This document shows, in pieces, positions 28,247 to 36,884 of a stretch of DNA of 64,000 nt. Source of the stretch: Thermodesulfobacteriota bacterium (GTDB taxonomy: Bacteria > Desulfobacterota > Desulfobacteria > Desulfobacterales > JACKCP01). The translations under genes were made by a program, and so were the position numbers. Location: NCBI GenBank assembly GCA_051744925.1, contig JBNJDM010000003.1, positions 333 to 64,332 on the forward strand, read 5' to 3'. Under the pieces are notes generated by a model that had not been told where the DNA came from, searched no databases, and was given only the letters and a program-made list of their open reading frames with translations. Each line of letters opens with the position of its first letter. The first letter of the stretch is position 1.

Positions 28247-28290
28247 GCACTGGAATTTTATTTCAACTCCTCTTTTAAACTAATTTAGTA

Positions 28291-28424
28291 CTTGGCCGAA
28301 AACTAGAATTTTTTGTTCAGTTCAAGGCAGATTAAAAATTTAACCGCAGGAATACTGAAGTATTTTGAGGATTAAATTTTTAATCTAACGTAGAAATGGT
28401 CAAAAAAGGCAGTTTTCGTTCATC
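28291..28424. repeat. 134-nt imperfect extended palindrome (MITE-like or structured-RNA element) flanked by 13-bp direct repeats AACTAATTTAGTA
   Basis: Inner 15-bp perfect stem 28329-28343 / 28372-28386, with an apical mini-stem AATAC-tgaa-GTATT. The outer arms share TG..CGAAAACT and a T6 tract. Flanking direct repeats lie at 28278-28290 and 28425-28437. Confidence 0.45.
28292..28320 (+). repeat. Copy A of dispersed intergenic motif (TTGGCCGAAAACTAGAATTTTTTGTTCAG)
   Basis: Preceded by TAGTA, as in copies D and E. Forms the left arm of the 134-nt element. Confidence 0.45.
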
Positions 28425-28453
28425 AACTAATTTAGTAAAATATTTTATGATTT

Positions 28454-29203
28454 ATGAACGGATTTAAATTTATGAATACAGTAAAAACTGACTGCATTGA
28501 AACGCAATACTCTTTAAAATCTGACTTTATCCATGCATTATCTGCTGTATGGCCTGTTTGTCTTGGATACCTTCCCCTTGGCCTTGCAATGGGCGTATTA
28601 GGAGAAAAAGCAGGACTTTCACCGGTTCAGGTATGTTTTATGTCTCTTGCAGTTTTTGCAGGAAGCGGCCAGTTTATTGCCATTTCAATGATTTCAGCCG
28701 GAGCTTCCGCATTTTCAATAATTATGACAACATTTATGATCAACTTGAGACACCTTTTAATGAGCTCTTCTCTTTCTGTATATTTTAAAGATGTTCCGGG
28801 TAAAAAGCTTTTCCTGTTCAGCTACGGAATAGTTGATGAAACTTTTCTTGTTAATATTGAAAAACTAAAAAGCGGCCAATGGGGAATAAACAGATCTATT
28901 ATAGTTAATTTTTCAGCTTTTTCTGCCTGGGCTTTAAGCACAACAACAGGATGCTATTTCGGAAAATTTATACCCCAGGATGCATTCGGAATTGATTATG
29001 CACTTACTGCAATGTTTATATCTCTTCTGGTGCTTCAGTTAAATAGTTCAATTTATATTATAACAGCTATTATAGCAGGTTTTGGCGCTGTTGCAGTATC
29101 AATGATTATTCCGGGAAATCTTTATATAGTTATAGCCTCTGTTTCAGCTGCAGCTGCAGGAGTAGCAATTAAAAAAAAGGTTAAAAAAAATGGAAGATTA
29201 TAA
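28454..29203 (+). CDS. azlC: AzlC family branched-chain amino acid exporter subunit
   Basis: 249 aa polytopic protein, followed by an overlapping azlD. Confidence 0.8.
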   Translation: MNGFKFMNTVKTDCIETQYSLKSDFIHALSAVWPVCLGYLPLGLAMGVLGEKAGLSPVQVCFMSLAVFAGSGQFIAISMISAGASAFSIIMTTFMINLRHLLMSSSLSVYFKDVPGKKLFLFSYGIVDETFLVNIEKLKSGQWGINRSIIVNFSAFSAWALSTTTGCYFGKFIPQDAFGIDYALTAMFISLLVLQLNSSIYIITAIIAGFGAVAVSMIIPGNLYIVIASVSAAAAGVAIKKKVKKNGRL

Positions 29204-29519
29204 ATATATTCTTATTGTACTTGGAATGGGGATTGTTTCATTTATTCCAAGATGGCTTCCCCTTTTTTACTTATCCAGAAAACAGCTTCCTGATTTAATT
29301 GTGGAGTGGCTTGGACTTATTCCTGTATCAATTTTAAGCGCACTTTTATTTCCGGCTTTATTTACTAAAAATAATCCAAAAATTATTTCTCTTGTTTCGC
29401 CTGAAACTGCAGCGGCCATCCCAACATTTATATTTGCGTGGATTACAAAATCGATTGGCGGAACTCTTATTGCAGGAATGTTTTTTTACTGGGCAGCGGG
29501 AAAGTTTATTTTTACCTGA
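29190..29519 (+). CDS. azlD: AzlD family protein
   Basis: 109 aa, 3-4 TM, 14-nt overlap with azlC. Confidence 0.8.
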   Translation: MEDYKYILIVLGMGIVSFIPRWLPLFYLSRKQLPDLIVEWLGLIPVSILSALLFPALFTKNNPKIISLVSPETAAAIPTFIFAWITKSIGGTLIAGMFFYWAAGKFIFT

Positions 29520-29531
29520 GTTGAATAATAA

Positions 29532-29564
29532 TTGAGCTAAAACAGAATTTTTTGTTTAAGCAAC
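29532..29564 (+). repeat. Copy C of dispersed intergenic motif (TTGAGCTAAAACAGAATTTTTTGTTTAAGCAAC)
   Basis: Starts 13 nt after the azlD stop. Shares the TTAAGCAAC tail with copy E. Confidence 0.45.
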
Positions 29565-29803
29565 TGATTTTTGATAAAAAGTTATGTCTGTGCCGGTGCT
29601 TAACTGAGCAGCAGATATCATTTAAATTAGTGTATAATTTTTACAAATTACAGAAGTGACTCTTTTTAAAAAAAGACTTCACATAAAATTAAATTGTTTT
29701 ATAGTGTTTTATAAGATAATTAATGATTTATAAAATATAAAGTTTTTGGTTCATTTACTGATTATATAATAATTTTTAGCAATACTTTCAAGGAGTTTCA
29801 TAA

Positions 29804-30802
29804 TTGAAATTAAAATGCCCTAACTGCAGTAAAATTTATAATATATCTGAAAGCAGACTTCCTGATAATCCCGATTTAAAATTTAAATGCAAATCATGCA
29901 GCGGTATTATTTCTGTTAAAAAAGATATACTACTCGAATTCGAAGATTCAATCAGCACAGACGATAAAACAGAAAAAAAAGAAGAGTTTCTAAGTAAAGC
30001 AAAAGCTCTACCTCCGATTCCAAAAATTTTATTTAAAGCAAGAGAAATTATTAATGATGAATCAAGAGATTTAAGAGATCTTGCAGAAGTTCTTGAAAAA
30101 GATCAGGCAATGACAACAAGGGTACTAAAAATTGCTAATTCTGTTTATTACTCCCTTAAAAGTCCTGTTAATTCTGTTCAGCAGGCTTGTGTTATTCTGG
30201 GTGCAGATACCCTGCTTCAGATGATTACACTGGCAAGTACTTCAAAACTTTTGAGCAAAGAACTTAAAGGCTACTCAGTAAGTTCCGGAGAAGTTTTTTC
30301 ACACTCAACAGGTGTTGCTTTTGCAGCAAGGCTTATTGCCTTTGAAACATTTCCTGAACTTGCAGCAGAAGCTTTTTCAGCCGGAATTCTTCATGATGCC
30401 GGAAAACTTGTTCTTGATGAACATCTTGTAAAAAACAAGGAATTCTTTGTTGCTAAAGTATCTGAAGGTATACCTGTTCATACTGTAGAAAAAGAAATTT
30501 TCGGATTTGATCATGCTGAAATCGGACACGATTTTTTAAAAAAATGGAATATACCTGATGTCCAGTGTAAAGCCATCAAATGGCATCATGAGCCTTCTAA
30601 ATCAGAAGGCAATGAACTTGCATATATTCTTCATGCAGCCAATGCACTTGTTCTCCTCCTGGAAGAAATGAACGTAAATGATAGTATTCAGGTAGAAACA
30701 GAGACTCTCGATTTTTTAAAACTTGACTGGGAAAAACTTGAAAAGATCAGAGCAGAAGCTAATAAAGCTACAGAAGAAGTTTTCCACGGATTCATAAATT
30801 AA
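29804..30802 (+). CDS. MJ0042-type zinc-ribbon plus HDOD domain signalling protein
   Basis: 332 aa with a TTG start after AGGAG. N-terminus CPNCSKIYNISESRLP...FKCKSCSG. The HDOD-like remainder has GILHDAGK and FGFDHAEIG. Confidence 0.75.
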   Translation: MKLKCPNCSKIYNISESRLPDNPDLKFKCKSCSGIISVKKDILLEFEDSISTDDKTEKKEEFLSKAKALPPIPKILFKAREIINDESRDLRDLAEVLEKDQAMTTRVLKIANSVYYSLKSPVNSVQQACVILGADTLLQMITLASTSKLLSKELKGYSVSSGEVFSHSTGVAFAARLIAFETFPELAAEAFSAGILHDAGKLVLDEHLVKNKEFFVAKVSEGIPVHTVEKEIFGFDHAEIGHDFLKKWNIPDVQCKAIKWHHEPSKSEGNELAYILHAANALVLLLEEMNVNDSIQVETETLDFLKLDWEKLEKIRAEANKATEEVFHGFIN

Positions 30803-30827
30803 GCATAAAAAATAAATTATTATATAT

Positions 30828-30874
30828 CTGAATTGAACGTTAATATTTTTTAAATTATAAAACGCTCAATTCAG
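30828..30874. terminator. Long hairpin between convergent genes (bidirectional terminator candidate)
   Basis: CTGAATTGAACG...CGCTCAATTCAG, 12-bp arms with one mismatch and an AT-rich loop. Confidence 0.5.
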
Positions 30875-30887
30875 CTTATTCTTTTTA

Positions 30888-32903
30888 TCAAACAAAATCC
30901 CTTGGTATTTTCTCATCCCAGGTTTTAGTAAAAATGCGGCTTTCATTTCTGTAAGCATCCAGATCAGCTTTTATTCTGAACTCTTTCTTATCAGATGTCA
31001 TTACAGTTTTTGTAATTATATAGATCTCTTCCTCTTTTGTTTTAAAACTTCTTCTTGTCTTAATTTCAGCTTTTAATGAATCATAGCTGTTATTTGTGTA
31101 AGAATATTTTTCATTAGCTGTACTACCAAATTTCAGATCTTTATCCTTAAGATAAAAAGTTTCTTCTTTATTTATGACATTTAATGAATTTTGATTTGTT
31201 GCAAGATTGTAATCAACATTCCAGCAACGATATGCAGGTTCTTTTAATTCAATATTTTTGTCAGGAATAAGATCTGAAGGAGGAGGATCAAAAACCGGAT
31301 TTTTTGCTTCTGATGTATCTGTTTCAGGAATCAGAATTTTGGAGTTATCTGTATAAACTGTAATTTCAGCAGGTTCAGGCGAAGGCCATGCAAGAGGCCA
31401 GTATGAGGAAGAAACAGCAATTCTTAAGCTGTGTCCTTTTTTAAAACAATGAGCAGCATAATTAAGTTTTACTCTGACCCTGTATTTTTTAAAAGGTTCA
31501 AGTTCTTCAGGAAACTCATGGCTGTTTCTGTGGGTCAGATTTAAAAGACCGTATGAAACTCTGGATGAATTTCCATCCGGATCAACATCACAAAGCCTTA
31601 CTGCAACCATAGCCTGTGGTTTGTCTGAACTTATTTCAAGTTCAGCTGTTACAGCACCTGCAATTTCAAGCTCATGATCAAGTGGTCCGTAATCGAATAC
31701 AACAGAACCTCCGTCATCTTCTCGCTGATCCTTGGGCAGATCTGTAGATTCAGCATATGAGCACCATTTCCCTGCAAAAAAGCCTGTGCTCAACGGACTT
31801 TTTATGCTTATTTTTTCATTTTCATCATTTTTTTCACTAAGATTTTTATTTAAAAGCTTATTTCCTGAAAGTCTGTATTCCTGTGGTTTAATGGTTGTTG
31901 ATGGCCATCCATCCAGAGCAACAAAGCGTCCGGGTCGCTGACTTTTATATGGTGAAAAAGAATCCTGCATCCATAAAGTAAGCTTTGGATCATTTTTTAC
32001 GCCGTTATCAATCCCTTTAAGATGAAAATCCCACCATCTTACGCATTCTTTTATAAAATCGATACTCGGCCCCGGTCCGCCAAGATGAGGATATTTATGA
32101 TTCCAGGGACCAACCAGACCCTTGACAGGTGAAGACAGCTTTTTAACAAGCCTGAAAACACTGTTTGAATATCCGTCTGCCCATCCGCTTATTGCAAAAA
32201 CAGGACATTTTATTTTTGAATAATCCTCACAAACCGAGCCATGCTTCCAGAAAAAATCTCTTTTCTGATGTTCAAGCCAGTTTTTTACCCATAAGCCGCT
32301 ATTTTCAAGACGCTGTTCCCACAGATCAAACCAGATATCGCCAACTAAAGCAGGATCAGGGGGAGTTGAATTAAAGTCAAACATTGTTGAGGCCCATGAA
32401 AAATTATCAAGAAGAAGGCATCCTCCCATGTAATGCACATCATCAGCATATCTGTCATCTGTGGAACATAGGGTTATAACCGCTTTTAAAGGCTCAGGCT
32501 GAAGTGCAGCCAGCTGAAGACCACTGAACCCTCCCCATGAAATCCCAATCATTCCAACATCTCCGTTGCACCATGGCTGATCCGAAAGCCAGTTTATAAT
32601 TTCTATTCCATCTTCAAGTTCTCTTTCAAGATATTCATCTCTTAAAACCCCTTCTGAATCTCCGCTCCCTCTTATATCTATCCTGAGACTTACATACCCT
32701 TCTTCAGCAAAAAAGGGATGAATCATTGAATCCCTTTGCGCAGTAACATCATTTTTTCTGTATGGAATAATTTCAAAAACAACCGGAACAGGCTTTTGTT
32801 CAGCATCTTCGGGCATCCATGCAGTTGCTGACAGATTTACTCCGTCATTCATTTTTATTTTAATATTTTCGACTTTTTTTACTGTTTTTTTGAGCATATA
32901 CAA
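30888..32903 (-). CDS. CocE/NonD family hydrolase (S15 X-Pro dipeptidyl-peptidase-like)
   Basis: 671 aa. GISWGG nucleophile elbow and a large C-terminal beta domain. Confidence 0.8.
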   Translation of the reverse strand: MYMLKKTVKKVENIKIKMNDGVNLSATAWMPEDAEQKPVPVVFEIIPYRKNDVTAQRDSMIHPFFAEEGYVSLRIDIRGSGDSEGVLRDEYLERELEDGIEIINWLSDQPWCNGDVGMIGISWGGFSGLQLAALQPEPLKAVITLCSTDDRYADDVHYMGGCLLLDNFSWASTMFDFNSTPPDPALVGDIWFDLWEQRLENSGLWVKNWLEHQKRDFFWKHGSVCEDYSKIKCPVFAISGWADGYSNSVFRLVKKLSSPVKGLVGPWNHKYPHLGGPGPSIDFIKECVRWWDFHLKGIDNGVKNDPKLTLWMQDSFSPYKSQRPGRFVALDGWPSTTIKPQEYRLSGNKLLNKNLSEKNDENEKISIKSPLSTGFFAGKWCSYAESTDLPKDQREDDGGSVVFDYGPLDHELEIAGAVTAELEISSDKPQAMVAVRLCDVDPDGNSSRVSYGLLNLTHRNSHEFPEELEPFKKYRVRVKLNYAAHCFKKGHSLRIAVSSSYWPLAWPSPEPAEITVYTDNSKILIPETDTSEAKNPVFDPPPSDLIPDKNIELKEPAYRCWNVDYNLATNQNSLNVINKEETFYLKDKDLKFGSTANEKYSYTNNSYDSLKAEIKTRRSFKTKEEEIYIITKTVMTSDKKEFRIKADLDAYRNESRIFTKTWDEKIPRDFV

Positions 32904-33481
32904 TTTTGTCCTTTAATTTCACAAAAAATAAAATCTCAATATCCAGATTAAATTAATCTTGCATTGGATTATTCTTTAATATATTATTTAAAAAAATCTA
33001 CATTACAAATCATTCTCATTCTAAACAGCTCATATTTAAACTGTTATACTCTGTTTTCCTTAAAAAAACCGGTAACAGAATACAAATAAGATTACAAACC
33101 AAATTTTTCAGATTTTTAAAAGATAAAATATTCTATAAAAAAATTACAGTATATCAAGCAGCCTCAATTCAGGTGCAAAACCGCTCTTATTCAAATCCGG
33201 TCTCTGTATTAAGGCCAGAAGCTGCTCAATGAGCATCTGAAAAGGCTGCTGATATTGAAAATTTCAAGTCTAGTGGATACGATTTATTTTTATTTGTTAA
33301 GCTATAAAATATATTTATAAATATCTAGATAAAAGAATTAAATCTTTAAAACCTATGACTCGCCTCTTACCTTTAATACAATTTTACAAGTCAAAAAAAT
33401 CATTGCATTTATTAAAAATTCATTCCATAAATTTATTTCGTATACAAAACAAATTTAATCATTAGCTTTACTGGAGATAAA

Positions 33482-35311
33482 ATGGCTCAACTTCTTTCAG
33501 ACCCAGGAGACCAGGAATTTCTTTTATTTGAAATTTTTAATATTGATAGTTTTTCAAATTCAGTCAAATTCAGCGATTTCAACAAAAAAACATGTAAAAT
33601 GATCTTAAAAGAAGCCCGGAAACTTGCTGTAGAAGAACTAATCCCCTCAAACAAGGAAGCAGATGTTCATAATGGTCATCCAGACGGTGTTAATTTTATT
33701 AATGGAGAAATTTTGGTTCCGAAATCTTATCACATCCCTTATGAAAATTTCTGCAAAGGAGGCTGGCTTGCAATGTGTGATGAAGAACAGTGGGGAGGAC
33801 AGAATATGCCCCAGCTTCTTGCTGGGGCATGTGTTGAACTTTTTATGGGAGCAAACCCTTCATTTTTCAATTACCCTGCTCTTACCCACGGAGCCGGAGC
33901 CATTGTAAAAGAGTTTGGCAATGATTTACTAAAACAAAAATACCTTAAAAATATGTTCTCAGGAAAATGGGCAGGAACCATGTGCCTTACAGAATCTCAG
34001 GCAGGTTCTGATGTAGGAGCAGTAGATACAAAAGCTTTTAAAAATCAAGACGGCACATATTCCATAGAAGGAAACAAAATATTTATTTCAGGTGCAGATT
34101 CAGATCTTGTGGAAAATGTTATTCATCCAGTGCTTGCCAGAACAGAAAATGCACCTTCAGGTACTTCAGGAATATCACTTTTTCTTGTTCCAAAATATCG
34201 GCTGGATGATCAGGGAAAAACCACAAATATAAAAAATGATGTAGAAATAACCGGAATTGAAGAAAAGCTTGGTATGCACGGCAATGTTACCTGCAGCGTA
34301 TCATTCGGATCAAAGAAAAAATGTACAGGAGAGCTTGTTGGTAAAGAAAACAAGGGTATGAAGTATATGTTCCTGATGATGAATGAAGCACGTCAGGGAG
34401 CTGCACTCCAGGCTCTTGGAATATCTTCTGCATCATATGCAAATGCAGTAAACTATGCAAAAGAAAGAATTCAGGGTCCGGATCTTCTTGAAGCAGCCAA
34501 AGATAACCCTGTTAAAGTCCCAATTATACAGCACCCTGATGTGAGAAGAGAACTTCTTACAATGAAGGCACTTATAGAAGGCAACAGATTTTTATCATAT
34601 TACCTGAAATGGTGTACAGATAAAGCAAACATAACTAAAAACAACGATCAAAAAGAAAAGTTTAAAAATATTATTGAGCTTTTAACTCCTGTTTCAAAAG
34701 CTTATACAACTTTTAAAGGTATTGATATCACTGCATCAGGGATTAAGGTTTTTGGAGGATACGGTTTTATTGAAGAATATCCCCAGGCACAGTTTTACAG
34801 GGATGTAAGAATAAGTTCGATTTATGAGGGTACCAACGGAATTCAGGCCATGGATCTTTTGGGTAGAAAACTTGGGATGAAACAAGGCAAACCTTTTCTT
34901 GACCTTATGAATGAAATCCAAAAAACTGTTAAAAAAGCTGAAAATTCAGGTCTTAACAATATATCTGAAAAACTGTCAGGACTTCTTTCAAAAGCAGGAG
35001 AAGCAGCAGCATCAATAGGGAAAACAGCTTCAGGGGAAAATATTCTTGATGCATTTGGTTCAGCTTCAATTTTTCTGGAGTCTGTTGGAGACCTTTGCAT
35101 GGCATGGGCCCATGCTGAAAAAGCTTCAACAGCTGCCGGTAAAATTGAAAGTTCAGGCAAAAAGGATAAAACCTTTTACCAGGCTATTCTGAAAACAGCA
35201 GAATTTTACTATGATGTTATTGTACCTGAATCCCTTGGCAGACTCGATTCTCTTAAAAAAATAACAAAAACAGTTATGTCTATGCCGGAAGCAGGTTTTG
35301 CATCAAAATAA
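33482..35311 (+). CDS. Long-form acyl-CoA dehydrogenase (~600 aa class with C-terminal extension)
   Basis: 609 aa. ACAD N/M/C domains (LTESQAGSD, YEGTNGIQ). Confidence 0.85.
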   Translation: MAQLLSDPGDQEFLLFEIFNIDSFSNSVKFSDFNKKTCKMILKEARKLAVEELIPSNKEADVHNGHPDGVNFINGEILVPKSYHIPYENFCKGGWLAMCDEEQWGGQNMPQLLAGACVELFMGANPSFFNYPALTHGAGAIVKEFGNDLLKQKYLKNMFSGKWAGTMCLTESQAGSDVGAVDTKAFKNQDGTYSIEGNKIFISGADSDLVENVIHPVLARTENAPSGTSGISLFLVPKYRLDDQGKTTNIKNDVEITGIEEKLGMHGNVTCSVSFGSKKKCTGELVGKENKGMKYMFLMMNEARQGAALQALGISSASYANAVNYAKERIQGPDLLEAAKDNPVKVPIIQHPDVRRELLTMKALIEGNRFLSYYLKWCTDKANITKNNDQKEKFKNIIELLTPVSKAYTTFKGIDITASGIKVFGGYGFIEEYPQAQFYRDVRISSIYEGTNGIQAMDLLGRKLGMKQGKPFLDLMNEIQKTVKKAENSGLNNISEKLSGLLSKAGEAAASIGKTASGENILDAFGSASIFLESVGDLCMAWAHAEKASTAAGKIESSGKKDKTFYQAILKTAEFYYDVIVPESLGRLDSLKKITKTVMSMPEAGFASK

Positions 35312-35350
35312 AAAATAATGTAAAAAATGACCGGGTTAAACAGACAAAAG

Positions 35351-36490
35351 CTACTCAGATTTTCGAAGTGTAATAAAATTTATTTCACCCGGAGACCATA
35401 AACGCATCCTGGGACCCCATGTTCCTGTTCCTTTTGACACAAGAAGAAGCATTTCATCAATTGTGTAAAGACCTGTTATATATGGATACTGACTTTTTAC
35501 AAGATAATTAAAAGGCCATATCTGACCGTTATGTGTATGGCCTGAAATCATAAGATCAACACCTGCATCAGCTGCTTGTTCTGCCATCCACGGTGTATGT
35601 GATATAAGAATAACAAGTCCTTGATTTTTATTTTCCAGAGCTTTTTCAAGATCAGATTCAGCTTTTCCTGAATGTCTTCGTGAAGATGTAAAATCATCTA
35701 CTCCTGCAATTACAAGACCAGGCAAAGGACTTGCGTTTTCATTTGAAAGAAGCGGGATATCAGCTTTTTTAAGAATTTCTCCGGTAACATCTTTTCTTCC
35801 GGAGCGAACAGTATCATGGTTTCCCCTTACAGCCCATACTCCAAAAGGGGCATCAAATTTTTTCATAACAGGTATTATTTCTTTAATATTACTTCTTCTT
35901 TCAAAAAGATCGCCTGCAAGAACAATTAAATCAGGATTTAATTGTTCGAGCTGTTCTGTTCTCCGGCTGAGCCACTCAGCTCCTATCATCATTTCACCTG
36001 CATGAAGATCAGAAAGAACAGCAAGTGTAATACCGTCATATTTATCAGGCAGATTTTTTAAAAATACTTCCCCGGTTTGAACAACAGGAGGACGAAGTCC
36101 CTGAAAATGGGCAATAATAATAAGTACTGCTCCAAAAACAGCAGCAGTTGTCTTTATACGACCTGAATACTTTTTAAAGAAAAAACCGAATCCGCATATT
36201 ATATCTGCAATAAAAAATGTTACAAAAAGCAGAAATACAGATGCTGTCCACTGCATTCCCGCAACTTCAAGAAGAGCTGATATAATACCAAAATCGCTGT
36301 GTCTGTATATACGGCTTATTAAATATACAATCCAGGTAAGTATTCCTGTAAATATAACTGCTTTTCTTCGTGATTTTTTTTTATTAAAAAAAGGCAGAAA
36401 ATAGATTTTTGCAAAAACATAAATATGCAGAAAAGTTATAATTGATGTTAAAATAGTACCGAAAAAAGAAATAATATCCCCCTTGTTCAA
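35351..36490 (-). CDS. Membrane-anchored metallophosphoesterase
   Basis: 379 aa. N-terminal TM spans, then DLHAG, GDLF, GNHD and GHTH motifs. Confidence 0.8.
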   Translation of the reverse strand: MNKGDIISFFGTILTSIITFLHIYVFAKIYFLPFFNKKKSRRKAVIFTGILTWIVYLISRIYRHSDFGIISALLEVAGMQWTASVFLLFVTFFIADIICGFGFFFKKYSGRIKTTAAVFGAVLIIIAHFQGLRPPVVQTGEVFLKNLPDKYDGITLAVLSDLHAGEMMIGAEWLSRRTEQLEQLNPDLIVLAGDLFERRSNIKEIIPVMKKFDAPFGVWAVRGNHDTVRSGRKDVTGEILKKADIPLLSNENASPLPGLVIAGVDDFTSSRRHSGKAESDLEKALENKNQGLVILISHTPWMAEQAADAGVDLMISGHTHNGQIWPFNYLVKSQYPYITGLYTIDEMLLLVSKGTGTWGPRMRLWSPGEINFITLRKSE

Positions 36491-36606
36491 AATATTCTTT
36501 TGAGCTTAATTTACTTGTGAGCAAATTTATAGTTTACGCGATTATTAAATTTAAATATTCTTGTCTTTAAAAGTCGACCAGTTCAAAAAAACATACATAA
36601 GGCAGT

Positions 36607-36862
36607 TTATTCTCTCAAAAAAGGAATATTATCATTTAAAATATTTTTAACCCGGATTTTTTCCTTTTGTAAAAAAAGATAATCATCATTAACACTCATG
36701 GGCCCTCCCATAAGAACAACTCCGCAATTTTTTTCAATTTCAGGGAACTAAAAATCGTATGCATTTAAAATTTCAAGCTTAATACTGTTTTGCTCAGCCC
36801 ATTTTTCTATATATCCGAACCCTTCAAAGGGAACATGTTTTACAATATATATTTTTTTTCAA
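36607..36862 (-). pseudogene. Remnant of a class I glutamine amidotransferase-like gene
   Basis: Own translation: (TGA)KKIYIVKHVPFEGFGYIEKWAEQNSIKLEILNAYDF*FPEIEKNCGVVLMGGPMSVNDDYLFLQKEKIRVKNILNDNIPFLRE*. It has an in-frame TAG at 36748-36750. The candidate TTG start is out of frame by one base across an A8 run. The ORF ends just before where the catalytic GICLG box would be. Confidence 0.6.
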
Positions 36863-36884
36863 ATAACAAACTCCATAAAATAAA

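Noticed and set aside
33190-33215. TTCAAATCC string resembling a tRNA T-loop
   Set aside because: The flanking bases do not form a T-stem, and no acceptor or anticodon arms could be drawn. It is not a tRNA.
34736-35160. Minus-strand ORFs 34736..34921 and 34843..35160 inside the acyl-CoA dehydrogenase gene
   Set aside because: They are antisense shadow ORFs in the locally more GC-rich part of a well-supported gene. The same applies to 53071..53618 inside leuC, 59116..60732 inside clpA, 62698..63438 inside secA and 37018..37461 inside sbcC.
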